Source of the DNA: Klebsormidium nitens
Taxonomy: Eukaryota; Plantae; Klebsormidiophyceae
DNA: 64,000 nt
Direction: 5' to 3'
Assembly: GCA_000708835.1 (NCBI GenBank)
Contig: DF237191.1
Location: forward strand, 65,930-129,929
Under the pieces are notes generated by a model, which worked only from the letters and a program-made list of their open reading frames with translations, was not told the DNA's origin and did not search any database. Shown here one piece after another: positions 23,636 to 35,961 of the stretch. The position numbers and the translations under genes are program-made. How positions within the stretch are numbered: the first letter of the stretch is position 1; each line of letters begins with the position of its first letter.

Positions 23636-26600
23636 TTAGGGTCCGGGTCGAGGTATAGCAGGGGACCCGGTATTGGTCGGGCCTGTAGCATACGTCAGGC
23701 CTATCCCCGTGATTGTCCTGTTGTAAAGCGGCTGAATGGGCCGGTTGTTTGTCCGGGCTCCGCCCGAGACCCCAGCAGTGGCGCTCATGAGAAGGATGAT
23801 CTGCGCCTGGGAAGCATAGCGCGGCTTGGTCGTGACGTACCTGCAAGCACGAGAAATGGGCGCACGTGCGAAGCTCAAATCCTGACCACATGCATATGAA
23901 CGAAGAGCGCCCTTCATAAATGTTGTGGTATTGAGCATACGAAGCTTCGAGAATAACGAATCCTGATGCAAAAGTCTATGCGGAAAGGGTGTACCAGTCC
24001 GCATTTCTGACGAGAACTCTCCCAAGTCCTTGAAAGCGAGCGTGAAGGCATGCTTATCGACGCGGTGAAGCGAAATCTGAGACGCCAATATAAGTACGCC
24101 CCTCATTGATATGCACGCGTTGGAAGACGCTAGCTAACTAGAACAAGCCACCTGCTTTACAATGAAGTTGCAATTGTTTTCCGTCTCACCAGGTGACGCC
24201 CTCAGTGCAGGGGGGCTGCGTCAGGCTGCCAACATAGGTGACGTAATCAGCGGGCCCGTTGGGAACCGTCACGCTCGTGAAGTCCAGTACCCTGCCCGTG
24301 CTGACGTTAGCCGGGCCTCCGGCGACGAACGGAACGATCCTGAAAAAGGAAGATAAGCTTCGGAATCTGACACTGTGGGCGCGTAGATGCCGTAGAACCA
24401 ATTTCACAACGCAAGGATTCGCTTTGTTCAAGTGGCATCACAAGCAAACGCAGGACCATGTCCGTCTGACCAAAAGATGGTGGTTGCAAGGTCGAAGTGG
24501 AAAAGATGGAACCAATTTAGGGTACTCGTGACGACGTGTGTTCGGTTATCCTAAAGAGCGTCCTTTCGAAAAAGCCTCGTTCGATTCCGTCGGGACGCAT
24601 CTCTCTCAGACGTACTCAATAAACCCTTGTAAAGCTTTATCTGACGGTGTGAAACCTAGTCTTGGCGCGGCAGCACCATCGTTCTGGCAGCCACTGCTTT
24701 GTGCTTTCGGGCTGTTGGGGCCAACCTCCACAGCACTCTGGTCGAACATAAGGGAGTCTAAGGTCACGAGTCCAAGACTTACTGGTCTAGCAACAGGTCG
24801 GGAGAGGTATTGCTGGAGAGATAATTGCATGAGAATATGAGCTCGCGATTTGAAAGACTCACCGGGCTGAGAATGGTTCGGCCGAAACATATTTGAAATG
24901 GTAAAATGCACTTACAAAAAACAACATAGCAGAAACGGAAAGCCGCGCTCAGGGTTCAAGCAAAAATTCGACCGATAGTGAGAGTAGGAGGTTGCGGGTC
25001 CAAAGGCTCACTGGTTCAAAAAGGGGTCAGGAGCGAAGTCTTCGGAGAGGTAGAACAGGATAGCTAGCACCGCGATTCTCTGGCCGGTCGCCGTCGCATC
25101 GCTCGACGTGCTGAGAAGGAAAGAGCGCTCGTTTGGTACGAAAACCGCTAGGAGATATCGTTTACAAAGAGAACAACTTTCAGTGGCTTTGACTCATTCG
25201 CTCCGTTCACCATCTTGACCCCCTTGCTGTACATAGCCTGGTACTGTGTATCTTCGACGCTTTTCTGCTCAATTGACGGGCAAAGAACGTCTGATGGGCG
25301 ATCACCCATTTTCGCTGGACTTCCTGATGTCGAGCAGAAGGCGCGCCGGTGGAAATACCAACAATCGTCGACAGAGGAACGAGCCCTTGGATGTCCGCTT
25401 GTGTGGACTCGCTGTCGTATCTGGTGCAGCAATGAGAAAGCCCTCGAATGCGCAGCTGTCGAGAGCGTAGTTCTTTCCTGAGCGCTGTTCAACAAGCCTG
25501 AGAACGTCCCCACGTAACGCTCTGTGACCACGTTTGGAGTCGGACGAGCGCATCTTTGACAACCGTTGTGGACGACGACAGCTGAGCCACTTTGTTTCAC
25601 ACTGCCCAGGGCTTGAATTTAAACCAATCAATGAAGCGAAATTCACCTGTGCACGTAGTGTGCCTCGAGCGTAGCGAGCTGTCCGTCAAGGGAGTGCTCT
25701 CCAACCTGGTGGAAGTGGATGTTGTGCAGATAGAACACGCTGCAAGCGTTGAGCAATCCAAAGCAAGGCGTTAGCAGGGGCGCTCTCTACCCGAAACGAG
25801 AGCAACGTAGAGCGAACCACTGCTGAGCGAAGGGAGGACCAGTATTCCAAGCTTCAAAGAAAAAGCAGCTCGCGATTAGACAGTGCGTCCTCGTAGCTGA
25901 TCAAGCACCGAACGTACCCTGTAAGGAGGCCTTGTTTTCTGAATAAAGGGTTTGAGCAGTCCAGGGCTTACGAATGAGACTCAAGGGCCTCATCAAGCGT
26001 TGGGCTTGAGCGTCGTATCCGGAGTCTCGCGCGGGCACTCCTTTTGTCTCACACGTTTCCTACCTTGTTCTTACTTATTGGAGGTCATGCTCCTCGCACC
26101 GGTTTGGAAGACAGTGACACTCATGGTCAAGGGCCTGAGTCGGGTAACCAATTCGAAGACGCGACTTACGTGCCGTCTGCCGCCGTCAGCGTGCTGTTGT
26201 TGTTCACCGGAATGATGACCCATTCGTTGTATGGAACTGTGTTCACCGCATAGTTGATCTGAGGCCGGTAGTCAATACGAATCGGAGGGGAGCTGGATAC
26301 GCCCGCAGACGCTGTGGAGATGTCTATGGGGGACTGCTGACGCCCAGCCTACGAAAAGAACAGAGACATGAACGAAAACATTGTCAGTAGAATTTCAGGA
26401 TTATGCGACATCTTCGGGTGGAAGATGACAAAATACTAGAACAAGGAGACGACAAAGAAAGACGACGTACTCAGATGGAAAAAGCGTCGAGTTAGGTTCA
26501 GCAGCACATGATTGATGCTGCCGTCACTATGATTTGGCTGCGGCATGGAATACATACAACACGTCACGTTGACTTGTTGGGGCAGAGGAGTGCTTCCTAA

Positions 26601-27349
26601 AGGGACAGGAGGAAGGATGCAATGAGTCCTGAAAGAAAAGGATAGAAGAAGGTTACGGCCCAGTTACGTTACAGTGGCCGAATGACTCAAGTGTTTTGGT
26701 AGCGCCCAACATTTCGTCGGTGTAGCAATGACCAAAAAAGATATGGGGTTCGACTCTCCGGTTCTCCTTCGGGAACTCAGTTGTGGTGGTCACAACCTCG
26801 AGCTACAAGCTCGGGTCTGCAAACTGTCGGTTCAAACCCGGCCACCGACATCTCCTCCCTTTTGCTTATCCTCTTTTCATTCCGTGAGACTATTCTCTTG
26901 TGTTTGATAACGTAACCCGTTTTTGGTAGCGAGACCGGTGTTGTTCTGGTAACGTAACCCAGCCAGGGGCAAAGGATCACACGCAGACGAGGCGTTTGAC
27001 CAGATTTGCCAGGTTAAAGGGAAGCTCACTCATTTGGAAAGCCTGCCTCTTCCACTGCAAAAGGGTACTTCACCAGGGTTAACCAAACTTAAAGTCAGAT
27101 TATCGCTGAGAGTTCAATGGTGCTTCTTCAAAAGCTCACCGTGCAGAGGCCGCCCCAGTCGGCTCCTGACTGCGAGTAGTTGAAGGGCTGTCCAGGTGTC
27201 ACGGGTGCCAGCATGCGCCGTCCAAACCTGGTCCCTGACCCTTTAACGGCGAGTTTGGTAGCACACGCATTGACCTGTTCAGTGAGTATGTGGACTACTA
27301 GGCCGAAGAGGACGACGCTGATACAGAGCCTCGGTTTCGCGTGCGCCAT
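23636..27349 (-). CDS. Alpha-carbonic anhydrase with an N-terminal signal peptide (secreted/periplasmic type)
   Basis: Six phase-compatible exons: 27140-27349 (hydrophobic leader, FNYSQSGADWGGLC), ~26170-26348 (GRQQSPIDI), ~25653-25743 (HNIHFHQVGEHSLDGQLATLEAHYVH, the three Zn-ligand His), ~25011-25110 (IAVLAILF), ~24188-24337 (YVGSLTQPPCTEGVTW) and 23636-~23841 (NNRPIQPLYNR). Confidence 0.93.
26716..26850 (+). ncRNA. Non-canonical tRNA-like structured RNA (135 nt, two T-arms), antisense within carbonic anhydrase intron 1
   Basis: Perfect 7-bp terminal stem GTCGGTG/CACCGAC plus discriminator-like A. T-arm GTCGG-TTCAAAC-CCGGC, second T-arm TGGGG-TTCGACT-CTCCG, D-like arm GTTGTG-GTGGT-CACAAC and anticodon-like arm CTCGAG-CTACAAG-CTCGGG. 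TTTT lies 10 nt downstream. No expression evidence is available. Confidence 0.6.
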
Positions 27350-28751
27350 GTTTCTGCACCAAGGCGTAGAATCAAGAATTGCGCGGAGAAGCCCAGGTCC
27401 CTTCCTGAGATAGCTGTGCTCAGCTAAGCACCTGATGAGACCAAGGTGCGACCGGCGCCGCTTCCACCCCAGCAGGTTCAATGTAGGCAATAATCTCCTC
27501 AAAGGAGGGATTGCATGCTTGTGTTGCAAGCAAACGGACTGAAAGCCTCTGCCTGGCCGACACCGTGTCGGCAGTCTTGATTCGTGTAGCTACACCTCCG
27601 GTTGCGGCAGTATATCTTCCGTGGCGGCAGTCTCGGATCCTCGTCACGGAAAGAGCTGACCCTTGCAAGACCCTTGCTGACTCTTGCTGATCCTTGCATG
27701 ACGATTTGCAGGGTATCGAGGAAGCTGCTGCATCCCCTGTAGCAATTGCTTCCTTTTCTCGATCGAGTTCGTCAACGTTGGGAGTAATCTTGACATCCCG
27801 GGGCCGGCGATGATTTAGCCGAATCAAAGTGTGAACTGTTGTGATGGTTTGCTTCGGTCTCATACATGATGCATTTGACGAGTGCGTCACTCTCCAGCCA
27901 CCCATCGATGCTAGCTAGGCCTTATCGTTAAAGGAAGTTTTCTGCGGGCTTCATGTGTGTCTCCAACCCGCGACTTGACTTCAGCGTCGAAGATTCCAAC
28001 AGCATCTTCCGCGACTAGCTCGAGCGAGGAGGCCCCCTCTAACAATGACGCGGGGTTAGCCTCGAGCCCGCGCCGTCTCGTTGACGTCTCCGACGACTGT
28101 CTTCAATTGCCCACCGTAGGTGGATATATCGACAGTCATTGACGAATGCAGTACGTGCTGTCCAATCACGCATGATTACGCTGTAAAGTTTCGAACTTAG
28201 TGGGGAGATATCCTCGGCTTCGATCAATCAATGTCAGGCGGTCAACGCCTATGCATCATGTGCAAGAGAATGCGGAATTAGAGACCATCAACCAAAGATT
28301 CCCTTAATATCATCGAATCCGTGCCCCTTTCGAGGGCCGGCGCTGAGCGAAAGCGACTGGATATGCACAATAATCACGCCGACTTAGTGCAGAGCCGCCG
28401 AAGCAACAATCAACGCGCGAATCATTGTGCGTGAGCCGGCCCGCGCTTCCCGCCTTTCAGTGCATGTGGCAGCTCCTTCATGAATCAACGGTAGACCGGG
28501 ACATGCATACAAAGATGATCATGAAATGAATCGGGTTTTGAGTTGGGGAAGAAAGAAACGACAAACGTACGAAATTAGGGGAGTGACTCAAGGCATGTTG
28601 CCAGTTCCAAACAATCATCTACCATATGACCAGATGCATCGCGCACGCGAGCGACTTCTTAGAAAGCAGCGCAATCACCATCAGTATCCTGCCATCACTA
28701 TCCTTTTCCTCGAGGTCCAACGTCTCGCCACACACGCCGGATCAGCCACCC

Positions 28752-31700
28752 TCAACCGTTCTCTACTGTGCCCGACTTATGCTTGGGCGTAAAGCTAAAC
28801 CCAGCGGGTGCCGGCCCCAGCAACATCTCGCTGATGCGCACCCAGTCCGCGGCGTTGTCGCTGGCCATCATGATTTCCAGGTCGCTCCGGCCGCGATACG
28901 CGGGCGGCCGCCACGCCATCTTTTGCGGCAGCACCTCGAGCAGCCCGGCGGGGACGTAGCGGTGCAGGTAGCTGAGCCACTCCAGCAGGAAGCGACGCGT
29001 GGTCTCGACACCTGGCAGTGGAGAGAAAGAATGTCCTTTAGGATCAGCGTCGACGAGAAGAAAGGAGGGGACCGAAGGTGATTCAGAACCGCCCACATGC
29101 CACATTCGAACCCATTTTTGTTCGCTCATCGGAGAAGCCAATGTTTTAAAGATGGGCGAGGAGCAAAATCTAAGATTGATTGCAACGCTGGCAGTCCCTC
29201 AACAACCGGCTCTTCTGGTCGACGCAGAGCCTGGAGGTCAGTAGTTGGCCGAAGGGCCGCTCTCGAAAAAGCAGCGCAATCTAAAATAGAGAACGCGATG
29301 TGGGGGTTATTGACTACTGCGAACATGCATGCGGCACGAACTAAGCGGCCTTTCTCGGAATTTGGTACTTCGCTCTCTGGTTGGTGAAAAAGAGCCGAGA
29401 AGCGCAGAGAAGCGTCAAGAGGCGCATGTCTTCCTGTGCGTAAGCTCGTTTGCGGCCTTGTAAGATCCTAGAAGACAATAGCATCCCAGACTAACCTCCA
29501 AACAGCAATTGAAAATTAGCAGAACGGCATCCGGAGCAAGAGCGGCGCGTACAGGAAATACGTGGCTCATTCTCAAGGTCTTACCTTTGTCGTCTGAGCC
29601 CCAGTGCTCGATGCCGAACTTGCAGTACTGCCGGAGCAGGTCCAGCCGCTCGCTCGCGCTGATGTCCCAGTGACGCTGCTCCTTGATCTCCGTGAACAGC
29701 CACGGCTGCATGACGAGTGCGTGACGTCAAGCGCCACGACCATATCTTACGCATTTACTAGCAGCAGTCAGAGCTAGATTCGCTTTGAACTCAATGGACG
29801 GGAATATCAAGGAAGGGAGATCCGTCTCCTATCGCCTTACTGCCGAATGCAAAATATGTTGGGAGGAATCTCCGGGGGTTTTCGCTGAAGCTGCAGCGAC
29901 CAATGTTGCTTGCGTCAAAGCTCCAAGGTTGGACCAAGTTTCAGTGCGTTTGCTGAAAAACACCAGCACTCCTTCAAACAGAAGGATGAGACACCTTTTA
30001 TCCCCCAATCTTGGACGGACGGAAAAATACAGGAGACTACTGAAGCAGCCAATCACCGAATATAAAGCCCCATAACTTACCTTCGGTCAGAAAAGCCTTT
30101 ACAAAATAGCACGCACCTTCCCGCCACACCTTAGCTTGGCTTAAGTACGAACCTACCTTCACCAGCGCCCCCCTCGCGATCATACACGTGGCAAGCTCGG
30201 GGGCCTCGGCCACGTGGGCGTTGTAGTCCTCGAAGCTCATGACGTCACCGTTGCCGATCAGTTGCACCCCCTTGGCGGCTTCTGCACATCGTGCGATGTA
30301 CGACCAGTCCGCCTGCTTGCTGTAACGCTGCTGCCTCGAACGGCCGTGGACCGTTACGGCGGCAGCTCCCCACGAGCTCAACTGTCGGGATGAAAGAGTG
30401 GGGTGTTAGATCAAGAAATTGAAGATCGGGAAAAGCCATAACAACCTTGAAACCCGCTGCTTCGAAGCTAAGTAATAGCGCAAAGGGCTGTCTGCAGATC
30501 ACGCAGGCAGCTCAAAAGCACGCAGTCATGACGGTGAAATAGAAGGGCATGGGCCTAAGAAAATAACGCAACTTGCAGACTATTGATGTCTCCTGAGCAG
30601 GGCGCACTGGGTCCCATCGTTGCTGTGCCACTCGCTCACGAGCACAATTTCGCTACAAAAGATCTCACAAAAACAATTCGTGTTGGAGCGACCGCTTCAG
30701 AATTGATTGTCTCAGCAAAACGCAATGAATCGATGCCGCCAAAATGGCCCACTCGCAGAAACCACTTTCTGGCTTAGTAGAACAAAAGGCCCAATCCTAA
30801 CTTTCTAACCGGCAGAGATGTCAAGCAACAAAATCTTCCAGGAAAGGCAGACTTTGAAAGCACACCGTTGGGCAGTACCTACGTCGAAAACAGATTACCC
30901 GGGGCATGAAGCGGCGCGCTAGCCTCTTATGCACAAAGCCCGTGCGACTCCGATGGTCGCTGACGCCCGCAAGAAGCTCGCGCTTTGAACGACTCTCGGG
31001 AAAGCGAGATCTGAAAAGAGCACAAGACTGGACCGTCTTCACAAGTATCACCTGGGGCATGAAGAGGTGCGAAGTGGCTTGCTTGTCCAAGAACCCCGTG
31101 CGGACTTTGATGGTCACCGGCACCCGCGACGCGGCGACCGCGCACTTGACAATCTGCTCGATGCGCTTCGGCTTCAGCAGCAAGTGGGACCCGGCGCCCT
31201 GCAAAGAAGATTAAGTAGAAACTTGAAAACTGGGAACGCTTTGAGGAAGCGAGACCTTCCTCTTGTTGGCCGCCAACAATCGAGAGTTAGTAGCCTGCAA
31301 GAAAAGTGCACTTATCAAAGCTGCCGGAACTTGAAGAAAAGGGAGTTGACAGGCCAGTCCGGAAAACGTGTTTGCAGAGATTGGAGAGGCGGCCAAGAAC
31401 GTACCAAGACGTTGGCAAACACCTTACTAGGGAACATGACTCTGGGGGCTTTTTTGGATCAGAAATCTGGAGTTAATTCTCACGCGTTCAGATGTAGCCG
31501 TGAAACGCAGGTCTTGTTGCCAAATCGCGGTTCTCATCCCGGTGTGGGTCAGCAAAGACTCATAAAAATGATGAAAAGACAGAGACTGGACGCAGCTTGA
31601 TCAGAAAACGAACCAAATGCAGGCCACAAGGAAGCGACCCTACGCATGTATTTGGAGGGAGAACTTGCTTCTCCGCCGGCAGAACAGACTACACTCAGTC

Positions 31701-34700
31701 CTTTCGACCCCATGTCACTGAATACAAAAGCATTGACCCTAACCCACATAGCTGTTTGTGTGGATGCAGTGGAGAGTTCCAAACCTGAGTCCACGAGCAA
31801 GTGAAGGAAGACCTTGAATCTCTTCCTCCCCACCTTGTTGACAACTAGATCGATGGGGCACCCCATGTTGATGTCCACGAAGTCAACGGAGCACGAGTCC
31901 GTGATCATCTCCGCCGCGCGCGCCACGTGGTCCGGCTTGCTCCCGCAGATCTGCACGCCGAACACCGCCTCGCTCGCGTGCCGCCGCAGGAGCGCCCACT
32001 CCGACTGCTGGCCCTGCGATCGAGAAGCGGGTGTTTCTCAAGGGTTCTACAGTTGTGAAGGACAGGATCGTGAGATACCTTTTGAATGTTCAGTGCGAGG
32101 CTATGAGTGCTCGGAGCGATGCAAACTGCGGACCTGCGATTGCTGAGGACATGTAGGAGAGCATCGTAGCACGATGCGATCGAGATCGGCCAATCTCGAA
32201 TCTAGAGACGCAGGATTGTAAGTGTGCTAAAGCGCCCGCTTTCCACGTATTGTGTTGGCTGCAAGATATAGGAGAGACGTCCGCTGAATCTGTACGTCCA
32301 GCCGTTTCAGAATCGAAGCTTCGATCAGGGCATTAAAGGGGTCTGGTCCTAAGGATGCCAGCTTCTGTGCCAGCCTGGCGACCACCACAGCCTTACCTGC
32401 AGCAGGTTGGTCGCCATCGCCATCTCCCCGCACGTGATGTCGGCGCCCAGCCCGAGGCAAACCCGACGGAACGGCAGATTTCCGACCTGCGAGGATGATG
32501 GGAAAAATAAAACGCGAGACGCTGACTGGAAGGGCGACTTTCTGCAACGCGTGGGGGGTGCGCATAGGATGCAACATGTCAAATGATACTCGCCAATGCT
32601 CAATGTTGAAATTGTAAAAGGCTCAGGTGCTGAAATAATGAACCCTGGTATCATCCAATGAAAAGATACAGACGGGGCGACATGAGCAGAGTCGATTGAG
32701 TTCTAGCTATCTAGCTACCAGGACGGCAGGCTATTCTGAGACAAGTAAAGATAATCATCCAGACCCTTTTGTTATAGCCGCCATTCTGAACAAGTAGACA
32801 GTCCATACAAAAGTTAAAGTCTGCAAACTCAGGGTAGCAGAAGTCGCCGAGACTCGAGCCACGAAAGCACATGGGGTCAACCGATGAAGCTGCAAACGAA
32901 TCGAACGCTCTTGATGTTACTCGACGGGTGGTCCTATGATACGGACTTGAAGCAGGGGACAGTATAAAGTCAAACAAAGTGCAAGTCAATCCAGACCCCT
33001 CGAACCCCGAACCTCAGTAAACTAGGGCTTACGGTGGTCAGCGGTGCGAGGTACAGCTTCCCCCGGAAGTCAATCGTCCGCTTGCCTCGCCTCTCGACAC
33101 CGAGGCCCTCCGCCCCGCCCCCATTCACATCCCACAACTTTGTCGGGCCCACCTCCGTACCAGCTCCATTTTCAACCAGCTTCGCTCTCTTTGCTGTCGG
33201 TTCACTTTCTCCGTTGACTTTCCGTTTGCCCTCTTCCGCTGCTTCCGTTCCTTCTCTGCCTGCCGGATCAGCAGAGCCGCTCTCCTCTGCTAACGGGAGC
33301 GCTGATCCATCCACACTTCCTGCTTGCAAGCCCGCACTGTCCATCTGGGGTTCGGCTTTACTCGGCTCAACTTTACTCGGCTCGGCCACTCCGTTTGTCT
33401 CTTGCGCTACGCTGGCCGCCAGTGCTTCGGAGGGAATGTGGTGGTCAGCTTTCGTCTGGACGTGTGCGGGCTCGGATGGACCTTCTTGCTCCATGTCACC
33501 TGCAACGCCTTCCTCCTGCGATTAAAAGGAGAAGGGCATTGACAACGGACCGCTGGTCTCAGTATCTGATAGTATCCCACGATCGAGAAAAAGTCGAATG
33601 GCTTGTTGAAAGCCGGGCAGACAGAGTAAAGAACTCCTCAGGCATATTTGGCTGGCAAAAGCGTAGGTGCCTCGCAATCACGAACCCGAAAGAACCAAAA
33701 ACAAGGACTCGAGACTGAAGGGATATGCACCGTTGATAGAAAGGCAACGGCTGGCTTCGCTGGCTGGTTGAAATTCATCTGCAAGGCTCTAGACACAAGT
33801 ATAATGAAAACTTTAAAACAGATTGTCACTTACGAGATAACACCACTGTGGTACGGCAGCTTCCGAAAAGTGATGCCTTGTTGAAATCCTGTCCTGATAA
33901 CCATCAGAGACGTCAAACGTTCCATCCAACCAATTGCTCACGTCGAAGCAACGGCTATCACGGATTGAGGCTAGCAAAACTTCATGAATTTCCCACCTCT
34001 AGTTGTCTGCCATGGTGGCTGATCTGGATCCCCAGCTGCTTGAGGGCAGCTGAAGCGCGCGGGGATGCAATCTGCTGCTTCCACAGCCTCTTCTGTAGAT
34101 CCTTGTCTAAACTGTTCACCTCGTCCCTGCAACAGAAAAAGGAATCGTCTCGTGGGCCTAGATTGAAACAGAACCCAGTAGAGAGGGGCTGGTTGCTTAA
34201 ATAAGGCTCGAACCTAGTCATGAACAGCTCTATGACCAAAATGGACTGGACACTAACCTAGACATCTGCGCGCTCCGCATCCACACCCACCTTGAGCCCC
34301 AAGCTAACTCCATCCTTCCCCCGGGCTGAGCTTACTTTTAAGGAGTCGAGGCTTTTATTGACACCCTTTCAAGGTGGCAGAGGAGTAAAGTCCTACACAT
34401 ACTTCCTGTCGTCACTAAGAGAACTGTGTCAGAATTTCTCAAGAATGTCCAAAACGCATCTCTCCCGGATTCGAAGCAGGTAAAAAAGTCCACTCTTGGA
34501 GAGTAATTTAAAAGCACGCATCACTTCTCTGGGGAAGTTTTCGTTCTTTAGAAACTATTCAAGAGCAAGTTGTGGTGAGTCACCTTGGCACAAACACCCC
34601 GTCACCGGGCCCCTTCTTAGCGGTCCCCCTGAACACAGGCTTCCCATCCTCCACTGCAGGCCCTGTGTTGTGCTTTGTTGCATAGCGGCAAGCCACTCCG

Positions 34701-35961
34701 AAGGGGCACGGCTCATCAGATGCAAACGGACAGGGCCCCTCGAGATCAGCTGCCTTTTTCTCCAAGAACAGTGTAAGGTCATGACTGAAGCGGCACTGAC
34801 TGCCGTATGTGCAGGCGTTTGAGTTCCCCGTTCGAGCGACCACTCCGCACACGTTGGTCTGCAAACAATTGGAGCGCTTTGTGCCGTCAGTAGTGCACTT
34901 TTAGAGGACGTCACATACAGAAAGTTGCCAGGTATCTTTTTGAGATGTCTTCGCGTGAGTTCGCAAACAGCGCCCAGCCCTTGCAGCTGGACGCGAGCAT
35001 CTTGGAGGAGGAGCATAACTTGCAATTGGTGGTACAATCCTCAATGATTCTCTAAGTAATGTGATGCACCAAAGAGACTCTTGATGGAATATTTGGCAGA
35101 ACATCTGCTCACACCAAGGTCCCAGAATAGTGACAGTACTGGTGTCGCCAGCAAAGAAATGATGCTCAAAGTCTCCAAGGTCCTTGGCCAAGCAACCCCA
35201 TATGCGATTTGGCAGTCCGGTTATTAAATGAAGAATCTACTTTGTTTGTCTCGATAAGGTAACAAAAAGCAAGCATGGGAATGAGGGGCACTGCAGGCCA
35301 AAGATATCTATGAGCCTGGACAATTATCAACAATGAACCTCGTCTACCAACACTGGCCGATGTTGCACTTCCTTGTCAAAAATTGCCGAAGCCAGAGGGC
35401 ATCACACAGGATGTGCATCATTTCCAGCAGACAAAAATCGCTTGCTTGAACAAGTCCTATTTCAGTCTATACACCACCCGTTGGACAACAAAGACAATCT
35501 CACATAGACAGCGATCTCCCAGGGTCGGGGTTTACCTTCTTGGCCTCAGCCCTCGCTTTTTTCATCGCCCGCTTGCTCAGCTTAGATCCAGATACCTTCG
35601 CACCGTCCGCGGCTCCTTCAGCTGACTGCCCGGTGTTTGCTGCTCTCTCCTTCTTCCAGGCATCTCTCTCTTCTGGCGTCCACAGAAACTCCTCTCTTAC
35701 AGGGGCAATGCCACGAGCCAGCTTTTCTTCAAGGGAGAGGGGTGGACGAACAGGCTTGACCCCATCAATACCAACCCCATTCACACCACCGTTCTGCTCC
35801 TTGACAGCAACTTCCTCTGTCGCAGACGGCTGGATTGCAGTGACATTCTGCATCAGCGATTCTGGGAGCAAGCTCTGATGACTGGTGGTCGCAACCGTCA
35901 CCACTTCAGTCACTTCGGCCTCACCAATCCTGCCACCTGCCGCCTGCGCAGGCTCTTCCAT
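28752..35961 (-). CDS. DUS3: tRNA-dihydrouridine(47) synthase DUS3-like (CCCH zinc fingers plus Dus FMN domain)
   Basis: Ten exons including [12 protein letters not shown] / CPFGVACRY (CCCH region), [149 protein letters not shown] and [25 protein letters not shown]. Confidence 0.95.

Noticed and set aside
25148-25600. 150-aa ORF inside carbonic anhydrase intron 3
   Set aside because: The flanking CA exons already join in phase (AG|C) and the ORF has no recognisable motif.
26797-26815. Calling the tRNA-like element a tRNA-Sec, or a tRNA-Cys from ACA or the CTGCAAA at 26817
   Set aside because: There is no UCA anticodon, no 9/4 fold and no long variable hairpin. A 55-nt insert separates the acceptor from the D-arm, and CTGCAAA has no flanking anticodon stem.
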